A stretch of 64,000 bases of DNA from an uncultured cyanobacterium (lineage in GTDB: Bacteria; Cyanobacteriota; Cyanobacteriia; Cyanobacteriales; Nostocaceae). The DNA lies in contig CAVUDP010000002.1 of the NCBI GenBank assembly GCA_963740315.1, positions 32,001-96,000 on the forward strand. The letters are read 5' to 3'. The notes under the pieces were generated by a model. That model saw only the letters and a program-made list of their open reading frames with translations, ran no database searches and was not told where the DNA came from. Both the position numbers and the translations under genes were made by a program. Shown in pieces: positions 63,963 through 64,000 of the stretch (the stretch's first letter is position 1; the number at the start of each line of letters is the position of its first letter).

Positions 63963-64000
63963 ATGCAAACTTTACCAAAAGAGCGTCGGTACGAAACCCT
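63963..64000 (+). CDS. rbcS: RuBisCO small subunit (5' end, cut by the window edge)
   Basis: MQTLPKERRYET. Confidence 0.93.
   Translation, partial: MQTLPKERRYET

Overview
AT-rich chromosomal window from a filamentous, probably heterocyst-forming cyanobacterium (Nostocales-like). This is inferred from abundant HIP1 GCGATCGC, 7-9-bp STRR tandem repeats and the rbcL-rbcX-rbcS order. From left to right: (1) a 10-kb general-stress/desiccation-type cluster with small hydrophilic proteins, Dps, a ChaB-domain membrane protein, a GMC oxidoreductase, a divergent group-2 sigma factor, TspO, MscS, DUF2254 and an apparently inactive alpha/beta-hydrolase; (2) a radical-SAM protein and a giant hybrid histidine kinase. 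The kinase carries an insert-Cys-type cyanobacteriochrome GAF, and its ATP-binding domain is split and frameshifted by a ~570-bp G-rich/C-rich repeat array; (3) gcvT-gcvH-gcvP, phnCDE, and an SLH porin with a 1-nt frameshift and a Yfr1-complementary site; (4) a GH65/beta-phosphoglucomutase fusion, a NAGPA-like protein, and a candidate conflict/defence module (small 2-TM protein, HTH-ATPase, membrane ATPase); (5) housekeeping genes: moeB plus JAB peptidase, GH13, holA, a 2H phosphoesterase, RDD/SpoIIM, fabG, a frameshifted thioredoxin, a decayed RelE-type TA locus, prmA, serA, panB and rbcLXS. Intergenic DNA is dense with REP/MITE-like palindromes. No rRNA, tRNA, CRISPR array or transposase was seen. 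All family calls come from recalled motifs; no database searches were run.
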